NCBI GenBank assembly: GCA_039588335.1
Contig: JBDGZZ010000003.1
Location: 1,907 to 65,906, forward strand
Length of the DNA: 64,000 nucleotides
From: Gemmatimonadota bacterium
Lineage (GTDB): Bacteria; Gemmatimonadota; Gemmatimonadetes; Gemmatimonadales; GWC2-71-9
Reading direction: 5' to 3'
In this document: one piece after another, positions 19,599 through 28,697 of the stretch
Layout of the letters: the number at the start of each line of letters is the position of its first letter
Numbering within the stretch: position 1 is the first letter of the stretch
The notes under the pieces: model-generated
Told to the model about the DNA's origin: nothing
What the model saw: the letters and a program-made list of their open reading frames with translations, nothing else
The model's database searches: none
Position numbers and translations under genes: made by a program

Positions 19599-21035
19599 TC
19601 AGGGAACGGATACGTCGGTCTCTCGGGTGAAGATCCAGTATGCTCTACCCAGCCTCCGCCCGGCGGCTTCAGCTTCCTCACGGGTCGTGAATGGTCCCAA
19701 CACGACTCGGTACAACAGCTCCTCTGTCGAGTCAGGCTGGAGCACACTTGCGTTCAGGCCAGCTCTGCTGAGCTCATCGGCAAAGGATTGTGCCCATGAC
19801 GGGTTGCGCGAGCTGCTGACCTGAACGTACATCACCAAGCCCGTCTGTTCCTCACCCTGGGGGCTATCCGCCGCGAATTCCAGTGCGGGTCGTCGCGGAT
19901 CCCATGCCGTCGTCAGCCATGGGTCACCTGGTGGCGCACCCACCTCTGCTACCGCGCTGAATTCACTGCCGTCTATCGCCACCACTCGACCTTGTTGCCT
20001 CACCAGAATGGTCCCATCCGGCGCGATAGCTGGTAGATCAGGTCCCCAAGACCCTTGGATCACGGCCACCACGTCGAAGCTCGCGAGGTCGACTATCCAG
20101 AACGTCTCGTTCTCCGACAGTGCCAGCATCACGCGGCCCATTGGGTCCATACGCAGGTCAACCACTCTTCCGTCCAACTGCACCTGTTGGTCTACTTCGG
20201 TCGCGAACCGCCCAAATGAAACCAGCAAGTCATCTCCCAACACGGTATAAATCCGGTGTGCCGAGGGAGAGATCTGCACCCGCCGGGGCCGCGGAGTCAG
20301 CGTTGTGAACCTGGTCCCGGCTGTGTCTGCAGGGTCGAACATGGCTATCCCGCTGTCTGTTGCCACAGCAACGAATCTGCCCCAACGGGAAACAGCCAGG
20401 TCGCCGTCCGGAATCGGCCGTCGTCCTGATGATTGGCCGTTGGCCAACCAGACTAGTTCCCGCCCCATGTCCGTCTGAACCAGCGCCAGGAGGCGGCCTC
20501 GGACGGCTCCCCAAATGGCCAGAGTGGAGTCGGCGAGCGTGTCGGGCCATGTGTTTGTGCGCCGGTGTTCCGCTTGCGCCACCGAACCGTCTGCCCGTAC
20601 CAGATAGGTCGTGCCGGTAGGTCCCATGGCGGCGGCCACGACGTTGGAATCGAGTGTACGAGAGCGCCCTGTCACCAGGTCAAGCGCGATCAGATTGGCA
20701 GCCAATGTGTCTGAACGGCGTGTCAGCGCGTAAATGAGGTCGTCGTCACCTGAGAAACCCACTACTTGCTGGGTGGGCTGGCGTCCAATCTCGAATCTCC
20801 AAGACACCTCTTCCAGATCCGGCAGCCGGTACAGTCGCGCCACATTGGCCGCTGCGGGGAAGCGGAACGCTACCGAGGCTCCTGTCCCCATCGTAGGCGG
20901 TGCCTCAGCCAGCGCCGCCATCATGGGGTTGGAGGCTGGTTCGGAGCGGCAGCCGAGTACTACGGCCAAGGTGCCGACCAAAATGTAGCGAATAGTCACG
21001 GGCGGAAGATTAGGTACCCGTGCGTCGTTGAGCAA
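19599..21035 (-). CDS. Lipoprotein with beta-rich (propeller-like) middle region and C-terminal SPOR domain
   Basis: Lipobox VVLGC. C-terminal SPOR pattern (YVQVSSSRNPSWAQSFADELSRAGLNASVL...YRVVLGPFTTREEAEAAGRRL). Confidence 0.7.
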   Translation of the reverse strand: MLNDARVPNLPPVTIRYILVGTLAVVLGCRSEPASNPMMAALAEAPPTMGTGASVAFRFPAAANVARLYRLPDLEEVSWRFEIGRQPTQQVVGFSGDDDLIYALTRRSDTLAANLIALDLVTGRSRTLDSNVVAAAMGPTGTTYLVRADGSVAQAEHRRTNTWPDTLADSTLAIWGAVRGRLLALVQTDMGRELVWLANGQSSGRRPIPDGDLAVSRWGRFVAVATDSGIAMFDPADTAGTRFTTLTPRPRRVQISPSAHRIYTVLGDDLLVSFGRFATEVDQQVQLDGRVVDLRMDPMGRVMLALSENETFWIVDLASFDVVAVIQGSWGPDLPAIAPDGTILVRQQGRVVAIDGSEFSAVAEVGAPPGDPWLTTAWDPRRPALEFAADSPQGEEQTGLVMYVQVSSSRNPSWAQSFADELSRAGLNASVLQPDSTEELLYRVVLGPFTTREEAEAAGRRLGRAYWIFTRETDVSVP

Positions 21036-21066
21036 GGAGTTCTTCTCACGAGTCCGGGGACTCCGT

Positions 21067-24000
21067 CTAGAAGGTCGGTCCGAAACTCAGAATCCAGTAG
21101 AATCCTTGTACCTCTCGGGTCAGCGGTCGGGCGAAGTCTGCCCGGAGGATGAAGAGGCCGAACAAGTTGCTGCGGAGTGAGAAACCCCAGCTTGCCAGGG
21201 GCGCCCGATAGTTGCCCTTGTTGCGTTTCTGGACTTCGTTTCTCTTCCAGACGAGCTCGTTTCCTCGATTCCAAGCGATGCCCACGTCGAGGAATACTGC
21301 TGTCTCGATCGGTGGCATTGGGATAGGACCCGATCCGAGCCCCAGTATTCGGTAGAGCGGAATCCGCAACTCACCGCTCGCAACGGCAATGCGTGATCCG
21401 ATGAGTTGGTCGAACGCCCCGCACTCCGTGACCGACTGTTGTCCGTCGGTCGAGCATTCGCCTCGCCTGTACGAGCCAGACGTGTAGCCCCGGAGGAGGT
21501 CCGTACGCCCCAGGAAGATCGGAAACTGGCCGCTGGATCCTCCGAACCGGCCGAAAAACAAGAGTCGGGAGGCGAAGCTGAACGGCCCGAACAACTGGTC
21601 GTATCTCCTGTAGTCAACCAGAACCTGGTGGAAATTCCAGTCTCCCATGGCGGGTGCGTATTCGAGTCTGCTGCGCCGGCCGATAAAGGGGCCAGTCCAC
21701 AACGAGGCCGTGTTGTCGAAGACAAGTGCGATGGAAGGCTGCAAGTAATAGGCGTTCTCGATCGGTAGATCCCTTCTCTCGGCATCTATCACGATCCCGG
21801 TCCCGGGCTGTACAAATTGAACGAGATCTACCATGCTCCGAGAGGCGTTTACTCCACGGAGGGTGAATTCCAGTCGCTGAAACCGGTTGAACGGCCTGAT
21901 CGTCTCGAGGAACGCTCGGCGCAGCACTAGCCGTTCGTAACGCGTCGCGTAGAACTCGCCGCCGCCGGGTGTGGTTCCAAAGAAGGTGCCGTTGTAGTAA
22001 AAGATGGGTTCCTGTGCCGCTCCGACTGCCCAGTTGATCCTATGCCCCAGGTTGGCGTACGTCGCGAGGAACTGTGCCTCATCGACACGCCCGTTGATCA
22101 TGCCCGCCAGAAACAGCCGGCGATTCCCCAACATGTCAGAGAACGAAACGGCACTCCCGCCAAAGAAACCACCGCCGAAGGTGTCTCGCACGTATCCGAT
22201 CGTGGGTTGGATCGCGTAATCGACCGACAGCTTGGGCGAGTATCCGCGGAAAGTGAAATCGGTAGAATCCGGTAGTGAGAGACTCGTGCTGTCGAGCAGA
22301 CTCCTCACCGTCAGGAGCGGCGGGATCGCTGTTTTCTCCTCGTCTCCCGGTGCCAGGTCTGATCTCCTAAACCCGCTTTGAGTCCGGTACAGAGACCCCG
22401 GTTCAAAGACGCTGATGACCTTCTCTGGCTTCCGCTCGCTGCCCTCTGCCAAGGCGCTGGGCCCAGTGCTCGAGTGCAGCCGCAACAACGATACGAGATG
22501 CTCTCCGTCCAACGAGTCCGCGGAATTCGGCCCGTCACTGAGCGACGTAACGACTACCCGGCCGTCTTTATCTCCGTAAGGTCTACCCTTCAGAGATCGT
22601 GGGTCGTCGATTCCGTATACGTTGAACTCGTCTTTTTCATAGTACGTGAACACCAGGCGATCGGCCTTGGACGCCCACGAAATTGCTGGTGAGAGAGGTG
22701 TTATTCCCGCGGTTCCCGTTGCAACATCCGTCAGTTGATAGACCTTGCTTTCACGCAACTCGAATAGGAACACGTTGTAGGCACCGGTACGGTCGGAGAT
22801 GAATGCGACCGACTGTCCGTCTGGTGCCCATTGGGGGTTTGTGTTTTGGCCACTCATTCCTGGGAGCACGTCGATCCTGCCTGAGGCCAAGTCGTAGGTG
22901 GCAAGGTTCAACGGACTCATCTTGAGTCCGGCCAGGTCTGTTTCGGGACCACGGTCAGTGGCGAAGCCCACCGTACGGCCGTCTGGGGACCAAACGGGGT
23001 GCAGATCCGCGAACTTGTCGTTGGTGAGCCTCCGAAGTTGCGTCCCGTCGGAATTCACCGTGAATAGGTCCGAGATCCCCCCGTCGTATCCGGTGAAGAC
23101 GAGTTGGGTGCCGTCCGGGGACCAAGATGGAGTCGTCAATCCGTGCAGTGGGACCTCTATGCGATTCACGACCTTGTTGCGATTGACGTCGAATATCACG
23201 AGGTCGTCGCTGCCGCCACGCTTGGCCGCGAACGCCAGAAGACGCCCGTCGTATGACCACGAACCGGCTGAATTGAGAAAGCGTAGACTCTCGAACTGGC
23301 TGCTGAACGCGCTCTTCACCAAACGCCGCTCAACACGGCCCGTCTCAGCCTTGGCAAGGTAGAGGTCGATCCAGTACCAGTTCCCTTCGGAGAGATACGC
23401 AATGTACTCGCCGTCCGGTGAGATCGAGGGAGAGATATGCAGGGTGCCGGAGGATCGTTCTTTGGTGAGGATTGGGCGGGCGAAGCTCTCGGCTGACTGT
23501 TCGGAGGCCAGTTGCGCCCGGTACTCACTCTCGATGGCGGCATGCCATTGATCGGAGAACTCCTCGAACGTGACGCCTAGAACTCGCTGGAATGCCGGCG
23601 CCACACCTGATACCGACGCCGAGTGCAGTATCTGTGAGATAGACTCGTCTCCCCAACGCTCGCCCACATAAGACCACAGTGCGTGTCCGTACCGATATGG
23701 AGTAAACCTGGCGTCACTCGTGAGCTGTTCGATGGTGGGAAGCCGTCCTTGGAGCACGTCATCCCGTAACCACATCGCCGTTTGTGCATTCACCGGTCCG
23801 AGCGAGAGATACTCGGCGAGCCCTTCCATGAACCAAAGCGGTGGATTCACCGCGATCAGCCTCTGAAGGCCGGCTCCAACCGTTCCCGAGGCAAAGATGT
23901 CAAACTGAAACTGGTGGACTATCTCGTGCTGGAGAACGTGTTCGAACTCAGCGTAGGAACCGGTGAACGGAAGAAGAATCCGGTGTCGGTACGGTTCGGT

Positions 24001-24366
24001 TACTCCACCCGTACCCTCCCCGATGTTGGTGACGTTGTTCTGTTGGAACTCGCTGTGAGAAGCATACAGAATGATCGGTTGTCGCTGTCGGTATCTGTGG
24101 TTCAGGAGGCGGGACAGACGGGCATACGAGCGCTCGGCCATTCTGGCGCCATCGACGGCGGCCTGGCGCTCTCCCTCGTAGTAATAGACGTCGAAATGTT
24201 CGGTTTGAACGACCGAGAACTCGAGATGACGATGCTGGACCTTGTTCTGTCCGAAATACTGTGCGCGCACGGGTGGCCCGATCGCCACTACCGCTAGCCC
24301 GAGGACAATCGCGAGTCGGCGTAGTGCCGCTAGGCTAGGGAAGACCTCCGACAGCAGAGGGTGCAT
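21067..24366 (-). CDS. Outer-membrane fusion protein: MA-type zinc metallopeptidase domain + PD40/TolB-like propeller repeats + Omp85 (Bac_surface_Ag) beta-barrel
   Basis: Signal peptide. HExxH (LQHEIVHQF) with downstream MEGLAEYL. At least 5 PD40 repeats (SPDGEYIAYLS, SWSPDGTQLVF, VWSPDGRTVGFA, QWAPDGQSVAFISDR). C-terminal barrel with FLGRTDLLRGY, VFLDVGIAW and terminal ...ILSFGPTF. Confidence 0.75.
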   Translation of the reverse strand: MHPLLSEVFPSLAALRRLAIVLGLAVVAIGPPVRAQYFGQNKVQHRHLEFSVVQTEHFDVYYYEGERQAAVDGARMAERSYARLSRLLNHRYRQRQPIILYASHSEFQQNNVTNIGEGTGGVTEPYRHRILLPFTGSYAEFEHVLQHEIVHQFQFDIFASGTVGAGLQRLIAVNPPLWFMEGLAEYLSLGPVNAQTAMWLRDDVLQGRLPTIEQLTSDARFTPYRYGHALWSYVGERWGDESISQILHSASVSGVAPAFQRVLGVTFEEFSDQWHAAIESEYRAQLASEQSAESFARPILTKERSSGTLHISPSISPDGEYIAYLSEGNWYWIDLYLAKAETGRVERRLVKSAFSSQFESLRFLNSAGSWSYDGRLLAFAAKRGGSDDLVIFDVNRNKVVNRIEVPLHGLTTPSWSPDGTQLVFTGYDGGISDLFTVNSDGTQLRRLTNDKFADLHPVWSPDGRTVGFATDRGPETDLAGLKMSPLNLATYDLASGRIDVLPGMSGQNTNPQWAPDGQSVAFISDRTGAYNVFLFELRESKVYQLTDVATGTAGITPLSPAISWASKADRLVFTYYEKDEFNVYGIDDPRSLKGRPYGDKDGRVVVTSLSDGPNSADSLDGEHLVSLLRLHSSTGPSALAEGSERKPEKVISVFEPGSLYRTQSGFRRSDLAPGDEEKTAIPPLLTVRSLLDSTSLSLPDSTDFTFRGYSPKLSVDYAIQPTIGYVRDTFGGGFFGGSAVSFSDMLGNRRLFLAGMINGRVDEAQFLATYANLGHRINWAVGAAQEPIFYYNGTFFGTTPGGGEFYATRYERLVLRRAFLETIRPFNRFQRLEFTLRGVNASRSMVDLVQFVQPGTGIVIDAERRDLPIENAYYLQPSIALVFDNTASLWTGPFIGRRSRLEYAPAMGDWNFHQVLVDYRRYDQLFGPFSFASRLLFFGRFGGSSGQFPIFLGRTDLLRGYTSGSYRRGECSTDGQQSVTECGAFDQLIGSRIAVASGELRIPLYRILGLGSGPIPMPPIETAVFLDVGIAWNRGNELVWKRNEVQKRNKGNYRAPLASWGFSLRSNLFGLFILRADFARPLTREVQGFYWILSFGPTF

Positions 24367-24568
24367 CCGACCAGAGCCGCTCCAGTTGGTAGAACTCTCG
24401 CAGCGTCGGATGGAAAATGTGGACGACGAAATCCACGTAATCCAGCAACGCCCAGCGTCCAGATCTGATGCCTTCGACGTGGTGCGTTCTCCGGCCCGCT
24501 TGCCTCATGGCCTCCTGAACGTGTTCGGCCAGTGCGCGGACATGCACGTCTGATGATCCCGACGCCAC
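24335..24568 (-). CDS. rsfS: Ribosome silencing factor RsfS (coordinates are the minimal GTG-initiated ORF; conserved sequence continues upstream)
   Basis: IVASGSSDVHVRALAEHV...WALLDYVDFVVHIFHPTLREFYQLERLW. The in-frame upstream codons encode HLQAVVSALDDHKAKDIIVLDLRKLSDATDYF, which is clearly RsfS N-terminus, but contain no ATG/GTG/TTG. See findings. Confidence 0.8.
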   Translation of the reverse strand: MASGSSDVHVRALAEHVQEAMRQAGRRTHHVEGIRSGRWALLDYVDFVVHIFHPTLREFYQLERLWSDAPSAVGGLP

Positions 24569-24739
24569 TATGAAGTAGTCGGTTGCGTCACTGAGCTTCC
24601 TGAGATCGAGGACAATGATGTCCTTGGCCTTGTGGTCGTCGAGTGCGCTGACTACCGCCTGTAGGTGCTGTGCGTTCTCAGCACCATCGTTCTCTGAATA
24701 GCCGGTCCGCGTGGAATTAGTTCCCGTGGGTTCTCGTCC

Positions 24740-26548
24740 TCAGTCTTCTACCTGATAGAATATACCCCACGCGCCAGGACCGACATGAACACCTATGGCC
24801 GCGGTTACCGGACTCACTATGCATGAGCGGGGGGAATAGCGAGTGACCAAGTCGGCCCTCAGCCGCTCCGCGATAGTCTCGGCACCTGCATGCGCGATCC
24901 CAAGTCGGAGTGATGACGGCCTGGGCGTCAGACGCTGGTCGAGGTGCCGGAGTACCCGGGGAATGAGGTGGTCACGCCCGCGTACCCGGTCGAGTGGTAC
25001 CACCCTTCCTTCCCGGTTCACCTCCAAGATTGGTTTTATGTCCAGCAACCCGCCCAACCAAGCTCGGCCGCGGCTCACGCGTCCTGACCGCAGCAGGTTG
25101 TCGAATACGTCAACGGTGAAGAACCCACCGGATTGGTCGCGTATTCGCACCAATTCCTGGTGGATCTCTCCTATGGACCGTCCTTCTTCGATCAGTTCGG
25201 CAGCTCGCAACGCCATCAATCCTAGCCCAACCGACGCTGAGCGTGAGTCTGTGATCGTGATGCCGTCAAGCTTGCTGGCCTGGGCTGCTACCTGTGCTGA
25301 GGCAAGCGTCCCTGACAGGGCGCTTGCAAGGAACAGTCCAAGCACTTCTTCCGCGTCGGACCTGGCGTCTTCGAATCCGCGAGCGAGGGCCGCCGGAGTT
25401 GGTTGCGAAGTGGTGAATATCGTGCCGCTTTCTCTCATTCGGGTGTACAGCTCGTCCCCGCCGATGTCCACGCGATCCAAATACGTTTTGCTGCCATCCA
25501 TGACCTGAAGTGGGACAACTATCATGGCGTGCTTGTCGATGATGTCGTCTGGCAGGTCACAGGAAGAGTCCATCACAATGGCGATGCGGCGTCTCGTCTC
25601 GTGCAGCTCGCGGTGCTGCTCTCGCATGTCGTCGGCTTTGGTCAGTTCGATGTCGCCCCACTTTCCGACCAACTCAAAGACCTTGTCCGGCGTGTTCGTG
25701 TGGATGTGAATCTTGAGCAGGTCATCGGTAGACAGCACGACGATCGATCCTCCGAACTGTCTTAGCTGGGAGCGAATCTCTATTGCGGGAGGGAAATGTT
25801 CGCTCCTGGCGAGTACCTCGGTGCAGAACTGGAAGTCTCTATCGGCCGCCACATCTGCCAATGCCGCCGCGTCGGGAACGTCGTAGTCAACGGGTCCCTC
25901 GGCTGCGAGAATCGGGTCACCCTGAATCAACCGCACGATGCCCTCGAGCATGCGTACGAAAGCCTTGGCTCCCGCATCGACCACGCCAGCTTCCTTGAGG
26001 ACGCTCAGGAGTTCCGGCGTCTTTTGTAGCGTGTCCTCAGCATGGCTGAGGACACGGCCCATCACTTCTTCGAAATTCGTGGTCTCGAGGACGGCTCGTT
26101 CAGCCTCTGCCGCCGCCTCGCGGGCAACCGTGAGGATCGTTCCCTCGACCGGTTCGTCAAGCGACTGATGGAGACGATCCGCTCCCGAACGTATTGCTCG
26201 AGCCACGTCACCTGCTGTGGCAACGTCCTTCTTTTCGAGCGTTTCTTTGAAACCAAGGAGGAACTGGGAAAGCAGCATCCCGGAGTTGCCCCGGGCGGAG
26301 AAGATGCTTGCCTCGGCCATGCTTCGGGCTATTGCTGGGAGCGGCGCTGGGCCCAATCGCCGGACTGCTTCTGCTACTGCTCGTAGCGTTGACGCGAAGT
26401 TGGTGCCGGTATCGCCGTCCGGCACCGGGAACACGTTGATTCGATTCAGTTCTTCGCGACCGGCATCGAGCCAGTCGGCCGCGGCGAGCAGCGAGAGCCT
26501 CAACCGGGGACCGTCGAGGTAGGCGATCCCGACGGGTACGGTGGTCAC
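24740..26548 (-). CDS. DAK2-domain (FakA/YloV-like) protein fused to a complete DegV (FakB-like) fatty-acid-binding domain
   Basis: N-terminal INVFPVPDGDTGTNF (Dak2). C-terminal IAIVMDSSCDLPDDII...VVPLQV...TSQPTP (DegV). Preferred start is GTG 26548 (AAGGA 6 nt upstream, 1-nt overlap with the rplI TAG). The ORF track's alternative is 26569. Confidence 0.8.
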   Translation of the reverse strand: MTTVPVGIAYLDGPRLRLSLLAAADWLDAGREELNRINVFPVPDGDTGTNFASTLRAVAEAVRRLGPAPLPAIARSMAEASIFSARGNSGMLLSQFLLGFKETLEKKDVATAGDVARAIRSGADRLHQSLDEPVEGTILTVAREAAAEAERAVLETTNFEEVMGRVLSHAEDTLQKTPELLSVLKEAGVVDAGAKAFVRMLEGIVRLIQGDPILAAEGPVDYDVPDAAALADVAADRDFQFCTEVLARSEHFPPAIEIRSQLRQFGGSIVVLSTDDLLKIHIHTNTPDKVFELVGKWGDIELTKADDMREQHRELHETRRRIAIVMDSSCDLPDDIIDKHAMIVVPLQVMDGSKTYLDRVDIGGDELYTRMRESGTIFTTSQPTPAALARGFEDARSDAEEVLGLFLASALSGTLASAQVAAQASKLDGITITDSRSASVGLGLMALRAAELIEEGRSIGEIHQELVRIRDQSGGFFTVDVFDNLLRSGRVSRGRAWLGGLLDIKPILEVNREGRVVPLDRVRGRDHLIPRVLRHLDQRLTPRPSSLRLGIAHAGAETIAERLRADLVTRYSPRSCIVSPVTAAIGVHVGPGAWGIFYQVED

Positions 26549-26994
26549 TACTCTTCCTTCACCACCCACACTCTCAGTTCGGCTTTTACCTCAGGGTGTA
26601 GGCGAACGGGCACTTTGTAGATACCGATCATCTTGATCGGCTCCTCCAATTCGATGATCCGCTTGTCGATATCATAACCGAGCTCCGCGACCTTTGCGGC
26701 GATGTCGGCCGAAGTGATCGATCCGAAGAGCTTGTCACCCTCTCCGGCCTTCACGCTGAATTCCGCTGAGATTCCTGCCAGCCGTTCCGCCAACGCTTCG
26801 GCATCTCCACGCTCGGCTGCGCTGCGTTGGGCGCGCTCGACGGCCTCAGCCTCGACTCGGCGCCGGTTCGCAGCGGTGGCTGCGTATGCTAGCCCCTTCG
26901 GAAGGAGGAAATTCCGCGCGTAGCCGTTCTTGACTTTGACGATCTCGCCCGCATGTCCAACGTTGGCGATGGTTTCTCTGAGTATCACTTCCAT
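26548..26994 (-). CDS. rplI: 50S ribosomal protein L9
   Basis: MEVILRETIANVGHAGEIVKVKNGYARNFLLPKGLA. Confidence 0.95.
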   Translation of the reverse strand: MEVILRETIANVGHAGEIVKVKNGYARNFLLPKGLAYAATAANRRRVEAEAVERAQRSAAERGDAEALAERLAGISAEFSVKAGEGDKLFGSITSADIAAKVAELGYDIDKRIIELEEPIKMIGIYKVPVRLHPEVKAELRVWVVKEE

Positions 26995-27000
26995 ATCAAT

Positions 27001-27981
27001 TCAACTCGCTTGCGGCGATTTCCACCGCCGTCTGAGGTCCAGGCCCGAATCAACCACGCCCAATAGGATGGCACCGGCGACGGCGATGGGCAATATCAGG
27101 AATGCCGCCAAGATGACGAAGACGGCTATGAATGGGCTGCTCGCTCCGATCAACTGGAGACCGAAAGCAACTACCGCAGCTCCCCTGATCGCATACAGCG
27201 CACCCATGACGATCAAGAGGTTGGTGGCTCCGAGCTTGGCTGCCGACAAGAACGGGATCAACGTCACCAGCAGAGGCGGGATTACGACCCACCCTAACTG
27301 CTCGCTGAAACGAAAGCTGGTGAATCGCCCCAGTTTTGCCCCGTGTGGTGCGCTTGCCACACGGCGGTAAATAGCCGTCGCCAGAGCCAAGCCCGCAATG
27401 AGTTGCAGTGCCACAGCCGCAGGGAAATAATTTGCCGTGTAGCGAACCGTATCGCCCAACAGCGCAGCCAAATTGCCGCTGCCCGATGCGCCGCCTTGCT
27501 CTGCCATCCACAATAGCTGGGAGATCTCCCGGAGCACACGACCCGTTTCATGAGCCACCCACCAGCGTAGCTCACCCCATGAAGAGCCAAGAGCCAGGAG
27601 CAGCCCACCCGTGGCCAAAGCCGCGAGCCCAACGGAAACCAGCGCACTATTCGTGAAAGTCGCGGCCGAGTATCGTGTGGTCAGAACAAACCCAGCCGTT
27701 GCCAGTACTATCCCAGCCCGCATCACCTGATCCGGAAGCTCGCCCGCCTCAATGAGCCAGGCCAGGCTCATGCCACCTGCAACTGCCGCGACGAGTGTCT
27801 CCTTGGCCGTTCGTAGCGGAGACGTCGCTAGCAGCACTGCAAGGGGAAGGGCAAATAGAGCTGCTAGGTCGAACGCTATGAACCCCACGATCGCCAACAG
27901 CACCAGGCCATGCCGAGCCAGCCAGCGTCCTATACTCATGGAATTACCGTCCCGTGGCTCTCGCCCGGACGGCTGAGACAC
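27001..27981 (-). CDS. Polytopic membrane protein, DUF2232 (YybS-like)
   Basis: About 8 hydrophobic segments. Sits between rpsR and rplI as yybS does in Firmicutes. Family call rests on topology and synteny. Confidence 0.55.
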   Translation of the reverse strand: MSQPSGREPRDGNSMSIGRWLARHGLVLLAIVGFIAFDLAALFALPLAVLLATSPLRTAKETLVAAVAGGMSLAWLIEAGELPDQVMRAGIVLATAGFVLTTRYSAATFTNSALVSVGLAALATGGLLLALGSSWGELRWWVAHETGRVLREISQLLWMAEQGGASGSGNLAALLGDTVRYTANYFPAAVALQLIAGLALATAIYRRVASAPHGAKLGRFTSFRFSEQLGWVVIPPLLVTLIPFLSAAKLGATNLLIVMGALYAIRGAAVVAFGLQLIGASSPFIAVFVILAAFLILPIAVAGAILLGVVDSGLDLRRRWKSPQAS

Positions 27982-27982
27982 G

Positions 27983-28201
27983 CTACCGGCTGTGACCTTT
28001 GATGAAAGGAACCAGTGCCAAGTGCCTGGCTCGCTTTATTGCGCGCGAGAGCTGTCGCTGGTGTCGGGCGCACATGCCTGACAGACGGCTCGGCAATATT
28101 TTGCCTCGCTCGGTGGTGAAGCGGGACAGCATTCGCTCGTCCTTGTAGTCCACGACCCTTATTCCCGACTCGCATACGGGGCATGTCTTGCTGGGCCTCA
28201 T
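27983..28201 (-). CDS. rpsR: 30S ribosomal protein S18
   Basis: VDYKDERMLSRFTTERGKILPSRLSGMCARHQRQLSRAIKRARHLALVPF. Confidence 0.95.
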   Translation of the reverse strand: MRPSKTCPVCESGIRVVDYKDERMLSRFTTERGKILPSRLSGMCARHQRQLSRAIKRARHLALVPFIKGHSR

Positions 28202-28590
28202 AGTACCTCCTCCAATTCCTCATCGTCCAAGGCTTTGGGGGGTCCATCGTCCGGGTCCCGCACAACCTCCGGAACTGCAACCGGGGCAGTTGCCAGACCC
28301 TCGTTGATGACTATGAGGTGGCGCAAGACACCATCGTCTAGCTTGATGGCCCGCTCGAATTCCGCCAGCGTATCCTGTTCCGTCTCGAACTGGGCGACCA
28401 CGTAGTAACCCTGTTCCTTCTTCTTGATGGGATACGCCAGGGAACGCTTGCCCCAGTGGTTGGTATCGGTGATTGGTGTCGGGATTTCTCCCGTCTTGAG
28501 GAAGTCGTGGAACCGATCGAGCCTCTCGTTGATCTCAGGTTCCTCGAGTGCGCTGTCGAAGATATAGACGATCTCGTACTTCCTACTCAT
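28198..28590 (-). CDS. rpsF: 30S ribosomal protein S6
   Basis: MSRKYEIVYIFDSALEE...HWGKRSLAYPIKKKEQGYYV. AGGAGG upstream. 4-nt overlap with rpsR. Confidence 0.95.
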   Translation of the reverse strand: MSRKYEIVYIFDSALEEPEINERLDRFHDFLKTGEIPTPITDTNHWGKRSLAYPIKKKEQGYYVVAQFETEQDTLAEFERAIKLDDGVLRHLIVINEGLATAPVAVPEVVRDPDDGPPKALDDEELEEVL

Positions 28591-28697
28591 GGCACCTCCT
28601 TTGGCCTAAACGACCCCACCCGTGCCGGGGGTGGAGTAGGTGATTGTAGAGCGAAGGAATGTACCCAGCCGCAAGCGCCGGTGGTAGTGGTCTTCGG

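Noticed and set aside
28591-28697. Structured autoregulatory leader upstream of rpsF
   Set aside because: It has only a 6-bp stem (CCACCC/GGGTGG). I could not match it to a known S6:S18 leader motif from memory, so there is not enough to report.
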